Positions 29,651 to 39,809 of a DNA stretch of 64,000 nt are shown here, piece by piece (positions within the stretch are counted from its first letter, which is position 1; each line of letters starts with the position of its first letter). The stretch comes from Candidatus Hydrogenedentota bacterium (GTDB taxonomy: Bacteria; Hydrogenedentota; Hydrogenedentia; Hydrogenedentales; SLHB01), in NCBI GenBank assembly GCA_045863335.1, contig BTVY01000012.1, positions 73,008 through 137,007 of the forward strand. Direction: 5' to 3'. Below the pieces are notes generated by a model. It saw nothing but the letters and a program-made list of their open reading frames with translations, was not told where the DNA came from and made no database searches. The position numbers were made by a program, and so were the translations under genes.

Positions 29651-30496
29651 TTGTCCGTGATCTATCCGCGAGATGACCAGAAGCACGAACATGTCGCCGA
29701 GCACTATGACGACCTCAGCAAATGGTACCTGGAGATCTGGGGCGAGCACGTTCATCACGGCCTCTGGGAAACCGGCGGCGAGAGCGCGGAGCTGGCAGTC
29801 CAGCAACTGACCCAGTTGATCGCGCGGGAAACCGGGATTACGAAAGATTCGGTCGTGGTGGATATCGGCTGCGGCTACGGTGGCACGGCCCGGATCCTGG
29901 CAAACGGATTCGGCGCGCAAGTGACCGGCTACACCCTTTCCCAAGCGCAATACGATTACGCCGTCGCCCGAACGAATGGAAGTGCCAATCCGCGGTACCG
30001 GCTTCAGAATTGGTTCGACAACGAACTTCCGGACGGATCCGTAGACGTCGCGATTTCCATCGAAAGTTCGGAACACATGGAGGACAAACCGCGGTTTTTC
30101 GCCGAAGTTAACCGGGTCCTGAAACCGGGCGGCCGATTCGGCGTCTATGCCTGGCTCGCGCGAAACAAACCGTCGCCACGGCAGGTGGACTGGTTGCTCG
30201 AACCCATCTGCCGGGAAGGCCGCCTGCCCAGCATGGGCGACGAAGAAGACTACCGGAAGATGATGTGGGAATCCGGATTTGAGGACATTACCTTCCGGGA
30301 TCTCAGCCGGAACGTTCGCAAGACCTGGCCCATCATCGTGGGCCGCATGGCGAAACGCCTCACGCACGACCGGGAAGCCTGGCGCTTCTTGTTCCATGGC
30401 CCGAACCGCGTGTTCGGGATTACCATCTTCCGCATCTGGGCCGCCTATTATCTCGGGGCTATGCGGTACGGACTATTCACCTGCGCGAAACCATGA
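29651..30496 (+). CDS. class I SAM-dependent methyltransferase (tocopherol/sterol MT-like)
   Basis: WGEHVHHGLW, VDIGCGYGG, SIESSEH and RVLKPGG motifs. Confidence 0.88.
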   Translation: MSVIYPRDDQKHEHVAEHYDDLSKWYLEIWGEHVHHGLWETGGESAELAVQQLTQLIARETGITKDSVVVDIGCGYGGTARILANGFGAQVTGYTLSQAQYDYAVARTNGSANPRYRLQNWFDNELPDGSVDVAISIESSEHMEDKPRFFAEVNRVLKPGGRFGVYAWLARNKPSPRQVDWLLEPICREGRLPSMGDEEDYRKMMWESGFEDITFRDLSRNVRKTWPIIVGRMAKRLTHDREAWRFLFHGPNRVFGITIFRIWAAYYLGAMRYGLFTCAKP

Positions 30497-30540
30497 TAGG
30501 CTGAAGGCCGGTTCAACCGCATCAGTTCAGGAGAGCGCCC

Positions 30541-31395
30541 ATGGCCATCGTTGAAGATATCCGGTCTGAAATCGACGGGGAACTGAAGTTGTGTCCCGAA
30601 CGCGTGACGCTCGGAAGTGTGGGGATTAGCCGCTTTATCCTCGGGGCCAATCCGTTCGGCGGCTACGCCCACCAGACCCGCGAACGGGACGAGGAGATGC
30701 GCGACTGGTATACCATGGAACGCGTCAAGGAGTGTTACCGGCTGGCGGAAGAGGCAGGCGTCACCACGCATCTGGGCCGCGCCGACGAATTTATCCTGCG
30801 CGCCTTGCGCGAGCATCGAAACGAAGGCGGATCGCTGCTATGGATCGCTCAGACCTGTCCGGGAGTCGGTTCGATTCAACACGGCGTGACGAACGCGATC
30901 CATGGGCGCGCCCGGTGCTGCTTCATTCACGGCGGCGAGATGGACTATCGCGTCGCCAATGGAGAAACGAAAGAGGTTTCCGAAGCGGTCGTGATGATCA
31001 AAGACCACGGCATGGCCGTGGGGACTGCCGGCCACCGGACGGAAACGATCCGGTGGGCCGCTGACCATCTTGACCTGGATTTCTTTATGACCAGCTACTA
31101 CAACCCCGACGACCGCACGCGCCAAGCCCATCGCAATTACGAGGATGAAGAGTACTACGGCGCCGAACATCGCGAGGCCATGTGCGCGCTTATCCAGGAA
31201 CTGCCCGCGCCCGCGATCCACTACAAGGTCATGGCTGCGGGACGCAACGATCCGCGGGAGGCATTCGAGTACGTGGCGGACGCTTACCGTCCCGGCGACG
31301 CCGTATGCGTCGGGATATTTACCAAGGAAGGCCGCAACATGATTCAAGAGGACGTCGACCTGCTCGAATCGGCCCTGCGCGCGCGCGGAAAGTAG
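30541..31395 (+). CDS. aldo/keto-reductase-like TIM-barrel hypothetical protein
   Basis: ISRFILGANPF, HGG, GTAGH, YKVMAAGR and VCVG motifs. Confidence 0.65.
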   Translation: MAIVEDIRSEIDGELKLCPERVTLGSVGISRFILGANPFGGYAHQTRERDEEMRDWYTMERVKECYRLAEEAGVTTHLGRADEFILRALREHRNEGGSLLWIAQTCPGVGSIQHGVTNAIHGRARCCFIHGGEMDYRVANGETKEVSEAVVMIKDHGMAVGTAGHRTETIRWAADHLDLDFFMTSYYNPDDRTRQAHRNYEDEEYYGAEHREAMCALIQELPAPAIHYKVMAAGRNDPREAFEYVADAYRPGDAVCVGIFTKEGRNMIQEDVDLLESALRARGK

Positions 31396-31398
31396 CCG

Positions 31399-34300
31399 CT
31401 ACCGCTCCAGTGCTTTCCGGACGACGTCGTACAGCGTCGCGGCCAGATAGGGCTTCTGGAGAAAACCGGCAACGCCGTCCTCATGGAATCGCTGTGCCGC
31501 TTCGGATTCGCTAAAGCCGCTCGTAAGAACGATAGGGATGTCGTTGCGGATCGCCCGCAAGGCGCGCAACGTGTCCAGAGAACTCATGCGCGGCATGGTC
31601 ATATCTAGCAGTACAAGCCGAATGGTATTCGCGGTCCGGCTGAAAACCTCCACCGCCTCCTGCCCGTCGCGGGACGGAATCGGCAAGAACCCCGCCCGCG
31701 TTAACAGCTTATTCACCAGTTCGAGCACTTGAGGTTCGTCCTCCACCACAAGGATAGAACCTGAACCCACATAACGCGCTGGAGCTCTATCATCCGGCTC
31801 CGGGAGGCGGGGCGATTGGGCCGACGCCGGAATGTGCACCGTAAACGTCGTTCCCTTGCCTTGCGTGGACCGGACGTCAATTGCCCCGCGATGGCCGCGA
31901 ACGATTCCAAGAACCGCCGCCATTCCGAGACCCCGTCCTGTGAACTTCGTCGTAAAGAACGGGTCGAACATGCGCGCCATGGTCTCGCCGTCCATCCCGC
32001 AACCGGTGTCGGAAATCGCGATCGAGACATACGTGCCGGAGGGCAGTTCCTCGCCCAAATAGTTCGTGCTAAGCGCCGCTTCGTTCATGTACTGCGCGGA
32101 CGTCCGAATAACGATATCGCCTTCTGCATCGCCGATGGATTCCGAAGCATTGGTGATTAGATTCATAATGATCTGACGCAGCTGCGTAACGTCGACTTCC
32201 ACCGCGGGCAATGCGTCCGCGAAATTGTAGTGGAGCGCGACCCGCTTCGAAACGGACACGGATAAGAGATGAGCCATCTCGCGGACCACTCCGTTCAAAT
32301 CGATCGGTTGAACTACAAAGTGCCCCTTCCCCGAGTACGCGAGCATCTGCCTGCACAGTTCGGCCGCCCGCTGCGCGGAAGTGACGATTGCGTCCAGATA
32401 CTCGCGCTCAGCGCCATCGGCCTGCCGCTCCATAATCGCCAGGTCCGCATTGCCGAGGATGCCCACGAGCAAGTTGTTGAAATCATGCGCGATACCTCCG
32501 GCAAGCACGCCCAGGCTCTCGAGCTTCTGGGCATGAAGGATTTGTGCCTCGAGCTTCCGGCGCTCCTCTTCGATAGTGTGGCGGTGGGTGATATCCAGGT
32601 GGGTGCCCACCGCCCGGAGGGGTTCCCCATCGGCGTCGCGCTCAAAGACGCGGCCCCGATTCAACACCCAGATGTGGCTTCCTGCTTTCGTCTGCAAACG
32701 GTACTCGGCTTCGAAGCGGGGCGTCCTTCCCTGCAGATGGTCGCGCATGGCCCCGGTCGCCGCTCGCACATCGTCGGGATGAATACGGGAGCGCATCACA
32801 TAGCCCGCGGGGAGCAGTTCGTTCGGTGCAAATCCAAGCATCTCGATGAAACGGTCGTTCACGGTGAGCCGATCGTTCGTCAAATCCCAGTCCCACAACC
32901 CAAGATCGGCGCCGCGCAACGCCAGTTCAAATCGTTCCTCGCTGTCGCGGAGCGCCTCTTCCGACCCCTTGCGCTCTGTAATGTCAGACAACATCCCGAT
33001 GCTTCCGACCACGACGCCTTCGTCGTCCTGGATCTCCACCGACGCATCCGTGATCCACCGTTCCGATCCGTTCTTCGCGCGGACACGATTGTCGCTGCGC
33101 CAGTACTTGAACTCACCCGCCCGCGTTCGCGCGACGGCCTCTCCATAGGGCAGCCCTTTCATTTCGCCCAATGTCCGCACTTCCAACTGAATCGACTCCC
33201 ACTTTCCGGTCGTGAGTTCGGCAGGCGTGTACCCGGTCAGCCGCTCGATCTCCGGGCCCATGAAGAGAAACGCATCCTTGCCGTCGGAATAGTCACGCAC
33301 ATACGGCACCGCGTCGGAAGCGGCAATGGCCCTCCGGTACAGATTCTCAGTCTTTTCCTGTGCGCGCCGAGCCAATTCCTTTTCGGTCGAGTCGTGCGCC
33401 ACCATGACGCAGTGCGTAATGCGCTTTTCCACCTCCACGTAGGGGATGTACTCGAACCGGAAATAGCGGCGCCCGAGCCCGGCCGTTTCGTACCAGCCCT
33501 CCGTGACTTCCGATCGCCCCTCGAAACAGCGCGACAAGTACTCGCGGATGGTAAACTCGTAGGGCGTTTCTCCCCAGATGCGCGCGACCGGTTGCCCGAT
33601 AATCGCGCTTCGATCCAGACCGTGTACGCGGCAGAACGCATCGTTAACCGCCTCGTATCGGTACTCCCGGTCAACCAGAGCCATCTGTTCGCCGAGTGCG
33701 TTCGCGATAAACTCGGACCGCCGCCACATATCATGGGCTTTCTTGTGGTCCGTTACCGCGGCCCCCAGCGACAGCCCCGTCAACGCCAGCGCGAGCAGAA
33801 ACAGTTGCATCTCCGCCACGTCCGCCCGGTACCCTTGAGCCACAATCGCGCCAGCCGTTAAGCAGGCAATGAGCAACACCGCCGCCGCACTTCCCCGGTT
33901 TCCCAAGCGGAGGGCGGCCCAAATCAACGGGATGAACGTCAGGTACAACCGGCTGCCCGAGGGATCGGTGCGCTCGTCCAGCGCGATCCAAAGCGAAAAC
34001 ATAAGCACCGCCACCCAGGCCGCGATTTCGAGAACGTGGCGTTGGTTCCAGGACCCCATGCTCAACTGCAACCCACGCCGGCCAGAACCTGCAACCCCGC
34101 CGGCTGCGTCCGGGTCCACAGGGCAAAGCAATCGAATCACAAGAAACAGGGCAGGCGCCAGGGTGAAAATCCCCACGACATCGCCCAGGGCAAAGTCCCG
34201 GGCTGTCACCAGGTATGCCCCGCGGCCAACTGCGCCGGTGCAATAGAGGTACGTTGCAAACGCGAATCCCGCCGCGATCGATGCCGGAGCAATCGTCATG

Positions 34301-34680
34301 ACGAACCAGGCCGCGTCGCGCAATCGGGCCAGGTCGGTTTGGATGCGCGCACCGTGGCGCAACCACGCAGCCGCCGTGCAATACAACGAGACGGAGGCGA
34401 AGGAAAGCACCAGCGGACCAAGATGGAGTGGTCCGGGAGGAAAGTCCCAGACGAGGTAATTGCACACGGCGATCGTGACAAACGCCGCAACCGCGTACCG
34501 AAGCCCGAACGCCACGAACAACACGACAGTGAGTGCAACGGGCGGATACCACGGTACAACGCCTTGCGGGGATTGGATAGTCCGAGTCGCCGCGTCCAAC
34601 GGTATGAACGCCGACACATACAGCAGTACGACGAGTGCGTGCTTCTGCATTTCGCTCAACCTGGTCAGGGTCATTCCCAT
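31399..34680 (-). CDS. hybrid sensor histidine kinase (MASE1 - 3xPAS - HisKA - HATPase - REC)
   Basis: Multi-TM MASE1-like N terminus, PAS/PAC repeats, LAGGIAHDFNNLL, DPFFTTKFTGRGLG and a receiver domain (LLDMTMP). Start uncertain. Confidence 0.92.
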   Translation of the reverse strand: MGMTLTRLSEMQKHALVVLLYVSAFIPLDAATRTIQSPQGVVPWYPPVALTVVLFVAFGLRYAVAAFVTIAVCNYLVWDFPPGPLHLGPLVLSFASVSLYCTAAAWLRHGARIQTDLARLRDAAWFVMTIAPASIAAGFAFATYLYCTGAVGRGAYLVTARDFALGDVVGIFTLAPALFLVIRLLCPVDPDAAGGVAGSGRRGLQLSMGSWNQRHVLEIAAWVAVLMFSLWIALDERTDPSGSRLYLTFIPLIWAALRLGNRGSAAAVLLIACLTAGAIVAQGYRADVAEMQLFLLALALTGLSLGAAVTDHKKAHDMWRRSEFIANALGEQMALVDREYRYEAVNDAFCRVHGLDRSAIIGQPVARIWGETPYEFTIREYLSRCFEGRSEVTEGWYETAGLGRRYFRFEYIPYVEVEKRITHCVMVAHDSTEKELARRAQEKTENLYRRAIAASDAVPYVRDYSDGKDAFLFMGPEIERLTGYTPAELTTGKWESIQLEVRTLGEMKGLPYGEAVARTRAGEFKYWRSDNRVRAKNGSERWITDASVEIQDDEGVVVGSIGMLSDITERKGSEEALRDSEERFELALRGADLGLWDWDLTNDRLTVNDRFIEMLGFAPNELLPAGYVMRSRIHPDDVRAATGAMRDHLQGRTPRFEAEYRLQTKAGSHIWVLNRGRVFERDADGEPLRAVGTHLDITHRHTIEEERRKLEAQILHAQKLESLGVLAGGIAHDFNNLLVGILGNADLAIMERQADGAEREYLDAIVTSAQRAAELCRQMLAYSGKGHFVVQPIDLNGVVREMAHLLSVSVSKRVALHYNFADALPAVEVDVTQLRQIIMNLITNASESIGDAEGDIVIRTSAQYMNEAALSTNYLGEELPSGTYVSIAISDTGCGMDGETMARMFDPFFTTKFTGRGLGMAAVLGIVRGHRGAIDVRSTQGKGTTFTVHIPASAQSPRLPEPDDRAPARYVGSGSILVVEDEPQVLELVNKLLTRAGFLPIPSRDGQEAVEVFSRTANTIRLVLLDMTMPRMSSLDTLRALRAIRNDIPIVLTSGFSESEAAQRFHEDGVAGFLQKPYLAATLYDVVRKALER

Positions 34681-35117
34681 GGCACAGCGTATCCCAAAGC
34701 GGCACATTGAGGGCCGGCCGCCTGCATGCAGCCCCACCCCGGCACGTGCGTCAACCCCGCCGTCACGTATGGGTCCACGGCAACACCGTCGAGTGTCGTG
34801 ACGACGCGTTGCACCGCCCACCGCAACAGCCCATCTAAAACATTATAAAACAATGTCTTAGATTCGTCTACCCCTCCAGCGATCTTGAGACCGGCATCGC
34901 GTGTTCTCATGCATCAGGCTCAGAATTCCGACGTGGTGGAAGGCCGGAGAGGTCGCTCAGCGGTAATGTATAGCAGCTCCCGCGTACCGCGGAACTGGTG
35001 TGCTTCTTAGTACAAATCGGTGGTTTTCAGTCTGGCCCGGCAGAGAAATCCGGTGCTAGCGGGCTTCAGCCACGGGCTGATTGGCCATGCTGCCGCTAAC
35101 CCGCTGGGATGCTTGTC

Positions 35118-35147
35118 TTGACAGGTTGTGGAATTCCGGAATATAAT
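35118..35147 (+). promoter_or_regulatory. consensus sigma70 promoter of the DtxR-feo operon
   Basis: TTGACA (35118-35123), 18-nt spacer, TATAAT (35142-35147). Confidence 0.8.
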
Positions 35148-35160
35148 TCATGTAACATAA

Positions 35161-35176
35161 GTTTGCTATACTAAAC
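35161..35176. promoter_or_regulatory. putative DtxR/MntR-family operator
   Basis: Imperfect palindrome GTTTGCTATACTAAAC (12/16 self-complementary) between the promoter and the regulator start codon. Confidence 0.55.
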
Positions 35177-35190
35177 AAAGAGACAACACC

Positions 35191-35775
35191 ATGAGCAAAC
35201 CGATCAACGATTCGACATACTGGCGTGATTTCGAAAAAAACGACATCACCCATTCTGCCGCCCATTATCTTATGGCTATCGATGCGTTGCGCGGCGAATT
35301 CGGATACGCGCGCGTGACCGACGTGGCGGAAATGCTCGAAGTTTCGCGCGGTGCAGCATCCATGTCGATTTCTCAACTGAAAAAACGCGGCTGGGTCGCG
35401 GAGGACCCCCATCGTTTTCTGCTGTTAACGGACGAAGGCCATCAGATGGCCGTCCTTGTAGAGCAGAATTTCCGCATCTTGTCCAAGTTCTTCGAGGAAG
35501 TCCTCGGCGTATCGCCGGAGACCGCACTGTCCGACGCGTGCAAGATGGAGCATCTCATGAGCTTGGAGACGGGCAGACGCCTCGTCTGGCTGATGCGGTA
35601 CATTCTAAGCGACGAATCCCGAGCGGCGAAGATTCATGATGTCATGTCCCGATTCCGGCCCGGCTGTGAATCGGTCGATCACTGCCCCCTCTGCGATGGA
35701 GGGGAATGCCTGACCCCGCTCGGTGAAGACTGCGAGTACCACAAGGGCGCGCAGGGAAAGGCCAAGAAATCTTGA
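35191..35775 (+). CDS. DtxR/MntR family metal-dependent repressor with a Cys-rich C terminus
   Basis: HYLMAI, ARVTDVAEMLEVSRGAAS HTH, LTDEG and DACKMEH motifs; tail CESVDHCPLCDGGEC...C. Confidence 0.9.
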   Translation: MSKPINDSTYWRDFEKNDITHSAAHYLMAIDALRGEFGYARVTDVAEMLEVSRGAASMSISQLKKRGWVAEDPHRFLLLTDEGHQMAVLVEQNFRILSKFFEEVLGVSPETALSDACKMEHLMSLETGRRLVWLMRYILSDESRAAKIHDVMSRFRPGCESVDHCPLCDGGECLTPLGEDCEYHKGAQGKAKKS

Positions 35776-35812
35776 TATTTCATAGCGTGCTCGGGCACCC
35801 TATCAGGATCCG

Positions 35813-36169
35813 TTGCCGGCCTTCCGGCAGCATGAACGACCGTTCGAGAACGACCGGATTTTGGGGGAATTGGTAGTGGGAGATAGTTTGGATGTCTTTG
35901 AACTCCCGCTGAACGAATGTGAAGCGGGTGAAGAAGGGATTGTCGTTGCGCTCGACACGGATGCCGGCTTGGCATCCCGTCTCCGCGAGTTGGGGCTCGT
36001 GCCCGGTGCGGTAATTCGTATCGCGCGAACGGGATCCCCAATGATTGTGGAGGTCGGCAATTCCCGGTTCTGTCTGCGGGGCGAAGAGGCCTCGCGTGTA
36101 GTCGTACGGATTGCGCTGGGCCCGGGTGCAATTCCCGCCATGGCGGGGGTCGAATTCAGTCTCGAGTAA
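35813..36169 (+). CDS. feoA: FeoA family protein
   Basis: RLRELGLVPG...GSPMIVEV...LRGEEA SH3-like FeoA motif. The true start is probably downstream of 35813. Confidence 0.8.
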   Translation: MPAFRQHERPFENDRILGELVVGDSLDVFELPLNECEAGEEGIVVALDTDAGLASRLRELGLVPGAVIRIARTGSPMIVEVGNSRFCLRGEEASRVVVRIALGPGAIPAMAGVEFSLE

Positions 36170-36218
36170 ACGTGTGCCGGCGGCATACTGACTGCCGTTG
36201 CGCGCCTATGGGTGGGCC

Positions 36219-36443
36219 ATGCGAATCCTGAGTCAACTCAAGCCCGGCGAGTCCGGGACCATCACCGCGCTTCATGGGGACGGGGCCATTCACCAGCGCC
36301 TGCTGGAAATGGGCGTCATCGAAGGCATCCCCGTCGAGGTCGTACGCATCGCGCCTTTCGGCGATCCCATCGAGATCCGTATCCAGGGTTATCATTTATC
36401 CCTCCGGAAAACGGAAGCCGCGTTCGTTGAATTAGACGCATAA
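36219..36443 (+). CDS. feoA: FeoA family protein
   Basis: RLLEMG...APFGDPIEIRIQGYHLSLRKTEA motif. Confidence 0.92.
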   Translation: MRILSQLKPGESGTITALHGDGAIHQRLLEMGVIEGIPVEVVRIAPFGDPIEIRIQGYHLSLRKTEAAFVELDA

Positions 36444-36454
36444 CGAATTCTGAA

Positions 36455-38689
36455 ATGGAAACTACCGCACACACGATATCGAGTTCCCCCCGGTCGATAG
36501 CCATTGCCGTCGTTGGCAATCCGAATGTCGGCAAAACGACGTTGTTTAACGCGCTCACGGGACTCACACAAATCACCGGCAATTACCCCGGCGTTACCGT
36601 CGAGCGCAAAGTCGGTCAACTCCGGTTGAACGGCACCACCGCGAACCTGGTCGACTTGCCCGGAACCTACAGTCTTGCGGCACGGTCCCCCGACGAGATG
36701 ATCGTGGCCGACGTACTCCTGGGTCAGCAAAAGGGCGAACAACCCATTGACGCAATCCTGGCCGTGGTGGACGCGACCAACCTCGAGCGCAATCTGTATC
36801 TCGTCTCGCAGCTCCGGGAACTGGGCAAGCCGCTCGTTGTCGCGCTCAACATGTGCGATCTCGCGGCCAAGCAGCATATCGAAATTGACGCCGAGAAAGT
36901 TGCTGCCGAACTCGGCGCTAAGGTCGTCCCCGTCTGCGCCTACCGTCGCGAAGGAATTGACACGCTCAAGAAGGTGCTGCAGGAGGCAATAACCGGCTCG
37001 AACCTTTCCCTGCCGCAAGGCCCTGAGTTTCCGTCGACACTGGTGCAGGAACTGGACGCGTTGAAAGCCAAGCTGGACGAGCACGGGGCCGAGTTGGGCA
37101 AGGTATTCCACTTCACCGAAGTGCTCCGGCTCCTTGTCGACCGGGACGGATATGCTGAGCAGCGGCTTGCCGGCAGCTTGGGCAGAGGAGTGGACGATCT
37201 CCTCGACGAACACCGCAAACGCGCCGCACCCAATGGTTCGCTCGCCGCGCTCGAAGCCCGCAGCCGTTACGCATGGATTCGGGGGGTTGTCGCGGCCGGC
37301 GTTCGCAAACCGGCCACGCGCAACCTGACGTTCTCGGATAGACTGGACAGTATAGTCACGCACCGCGTGTGGGGCACCCTGGTTTTTGCGATTATCATGG
37401 CGACAGGTTTCCAGGCGATCTTTGCCTGGGCCGGTCCGTTGATGGATGCCATTGATGCGGCGTGTACGGGACTGGGCGCCCTGGCCGGAAGTGTTCTGCC
37501 CGAAGGCCCGCTACAAAGTCTCGTCGTCGATGGAATCTTCGCGGGCGTGGGCGCCGTGCTCGTCTTCATTCCCCAGATCCTGATCCTCATGTTGTTCATT
37601 GCCATCCTCGAAGATTGCGGTTACATGGCCCGTGCCGCATTTCTCATGGACCGGCTGCTCAGCCGCTGCGGACTGTCCGGCCAGTCATTCATCCCCATGC
37701 TCTCGAGCTTCGCCTGTGCGATTCCGGGCATCATGGCCACGCGCACCATCTCCAATCGCCGGGACCGATTGACCACGATTCTTGTCGCACCGCTGATGAG
37801 TTGTTCGGCCCGTCTCCCCGTCTACACCCTGATGATTGCCGCGTTCATTCCCGCGGAGCGGTATCTGGGCGGGGTCTTTGGCCTCCAGGGCCTAACCCTG
37901 TTCGCCATGTACAGCCTGGGCATCGTGGTCGCCATCCCCGTCGCATGGGGTTTGAAGCGAACTCTGCTGCGCGGCGCGACTCCGCCCTTTCTCCTGGAGC
38001 TGCCCACATACAAGATGCCTCACTGGCGTACCGTCGGCCGGAAGGTCTACAACCAGGGCAAGGAATTCGTCTGGCGCGCGGGTACCATCATCTTCGCCAT
38101 TACCGTCGTTGTCTGGGCGCTAGCCTACTTCCCGCGATCGGAGGAAATCGCGCAGCAATTCGAAACGGAACGGAATGCCGTCGAAACCGGCGAACTGGCT
38201 CCAGAAGTTCGCGAGGCCCGGCTCGCCGAGATCCAGTCGCAAGAAAGCGGCGCACACTTGCAGAATAGCTTCTTCGCTCGCATGGGGCATGCGATCGAAC
38301 CGGTCGTGCGACCCCTGGGTTGGGATTGGCGAATCGGTATGGCGACCATTGCATCCTTCCCCGCGCGCGAAGTGGTCGTCGCGACGTTAGGCACCACGTT
38401 CTTCCTCGGCGGCGACGTGGATGAATCCTCTCCCGAACTTACGGAAGTGCTGCGTCGCGCCGAGCGGGCCGATGGGACCCGCCTGTTCACCATCCCGGTT
38501 GCATTGTCCATCATGGTGTTCTTCGCCCTCTGTTGTCAGTGCGGCGCAACCCTCGCCGTCATACGCCGGGAAACCGGGTCCATCCGCTGGCCCATCTTCG
38601 CCTTCGGTTACATGACCTTCCTTGCCTACGCCGGCGCCTTCGCAGTCTATCAACTCACCACCGCGTTGGGTTGGGGGGCTACCCTATGA
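36455..38689 (+). CDS. feoB: ferrous iron transporter B
   Basis: GNPNVGKT, NYPGVTVE, DLPG, NMCD, GYMARAAF and MSCSARLP motifs. Confidence 0.97.
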   Translation: METTAHTISSSPRSIAIAVVGNPNVGKTTLFNALTGLTQITGNYPGVTVERKVGQLRLNGTTANLVDLPGTYSLAARSPDEMIVADVLLGQQKGEQPIDAILAVVDATNLERNLYLVSQLRELGKPLVVALNMCDLAAKQHIEIDAEKVAAELGAKVVPVCAYRREGIDTLKKVLQEAITGSNLSLPQGPEFPSTLVQELDALKAKLDEHGAELGKVFHFTEVLRLLVDRDGYAEQRLAGSLGRGVDDLLDEHRKRAAPNGSLAALEARSRYAWIRGVVAAGVRKPATRNLTFSDRLDSIVTHRVWGTLVFAIIMATGFQAIFAWAGPLMDAIDAACTGLGALAGSVLPEGPLQSLVVDGIFAGVGAVLVFIPQILILMLFIAILEDCGYMARAAFLMDRLLSRCGLSGQSFIPMLSSFACAIPGIMATRTISNRRDRLTTILVAPLMSCSARLPVYTLMIAAFIPAERYLGGVFGLQGLTLFAMYSLGIVVAIPVAWGLKRTLLRGATPPFLLELPTYKMPHWRTVGRKVYNQGKEFVWRAGTIIFAITVVVWALAYFPRSEEIAQQFETERNAVETGELAPEVREARLAEIQSQESGAHLQNSFFARMGHAIEPVVRPLGWDWRIGMATIASFPAREVVVATLGTTFFLGGDVDESSPELTEVLRRAERADGTRLFTIPVALSIMVFFALCCQCGATLAVIRRETGSIRWPIFAFGYMTFLAYAGAFAVYQLTTALGWGATL

Positions 38690-38823
38690 CGTTTCAATGG
38701 TTCATTGTGGGGGGTATCGTGGCTGGGTGCGTCGCCTACCTTCTCCGTCTCACGTGGCGTACGCTTCATGGCCGCGCGACTTCCTGCGGCTGCAGCGACT
38801 GCCCCTCGCAACGCAAATCGTAG
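38686..38823 (+). CDS. FeoB-associated Cys-rich small membrane protein (45 aa)
   Basis: ATGA overlap with the feoB stop; one TM helix followed by SCGCSDC. Confidence 0.75.
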   Translation: MTFQWFIVGGIVAGCVAYLLRLTWRTLHGRATSCGCSDCPSQRKS

Positions 38824-38879
38824 TTGCCGACAGGTTCGGCAAAGCGTTGATGCTACCGACGCGGGACGATATTCAGGTG

Positions 38880-38914
38880 GCGAAGGCTGCGCATATCCGC
38901 ATCCTTCGCACTTT
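38880..38914 (+). terminator. possible terminator of the feo operon
   Basis: GCGAAGG-C-TGCG...CGCA-T-CCTTCGC hairpin followed by ACTTT. Confidence 0.45.
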
Positions 38915-39099
38915 ATACGACTATTGCAGTTTGGCCTGCTTATCAGCAATGAATTCCTTCCTAGACGTGGATGTTCTCTCGCTTCTGCTGTTCTTAACGG
39001 CGAAGCGCCCATCAGAATACCGTATCGCTGTCAGGCTCAGATACTCCGCTGCCGCGTGTAACACTTTGAATCGACTCGACAAAGGACCAACGAAAGGCG

Positions 39100-39129
39100 T
39101 TGACATGTCGCCACTGGTCGCGTTAGGAT
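39100..39129 (+). promoter_or_regulatory. putative sigma70 promoter of the pseudopilin cluster
   Basis: TTGACA-N18-TAGGAT. Confidence 0.5.
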
Positions 39130-39284
39130 AAGCACCAGATGGGGAGTCGGTCCGGGTGACCGAAGGGAAACCGGATAAGCGGAACTGGGCAAAACGATAC
39201 ACGAAAAATTTATCGTATTGCTTAGTATTTACCCAAGCACACCGGATTCTGCACCGGTATCGCGATCAGAAGGGGAGCGGCCAA

Positions 39285-39809
39285 GTGGTGGAAACCTGTT
39301 ATGCGCGAAGTCGAGGCGGGGGTCGTTGGGCATCTGGCTTTACGCTGATCGAAGTCTTGGTCGCCCTCGCGGTCTTGAGTGTAGCTGCCTCGGTGTTCAT
39401 TTCTCTTTTTTCCAACTGTGTCGCTCTTGGACAGCGGGATCGGTCACGGCAAGTAGCTTACTCCATCGCGCAACAGCGCTTGACCGAGATCGCGGTTGCG
39501 CCGGAATCCTACGCCTGGCCGGCATCAGAATCGCTGGCATCGGGCGAGCTGATGGAGGTCGCCGCTCCCGCTGAAACGACGGCGATATCCTCCCAAACGC
39601 CTGTGGCTTTGCCCACGTACCCAGCTGCGGACAGACGAGAGCGGTCGTTCCACGAGAGATTTTCCTCGCAGCTTTATGCCCGTGGCCTGGGCGATGGCAG
39701 CGGTATGGGCGAGGTCACCGCAGTCGTCAGGTGGCAGAGCGAAGGCAGGGATCAATCAGTCAGCCTCACGACCCTCATGCCAATCCCGGCGACAGGAGGC
39801 AACTCATGA
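39285..39809 (+). CDS. prepilin-type (GspI/PilV-like) minor pseudopilin
   Basis: G|FTLIEVLVAL class III signal; AGGGGAG RBS before the GTG at 39285. Confidence 0.85.
   Translation: MVETCYARSRGGGRWASGFTLIEVLVALAVLSVAASVFISLFSNCVALGQRDRSRQVAYSIAQQRLTEIAVAPESYAWPASESLASGELMEVAAPAETTAISSQTPVALPTYPAADRRERSFHERFSSQLYARGLGDGSGMGEVTAVVRWQSEGRDQSVSLTTLMPIPATGGNS

Noticed and set aside
32269-33861. 530-aa plus-strand ORF
   Set aside because: Antisense shadow of the sensor kinase; no motifs.
39130-39284. c-di-GMP riboswitch in the pseudopilin leader
   Set aside because: Only a short TCCGG...CCGGA hairpin; the GEMM consensus elements are absent.
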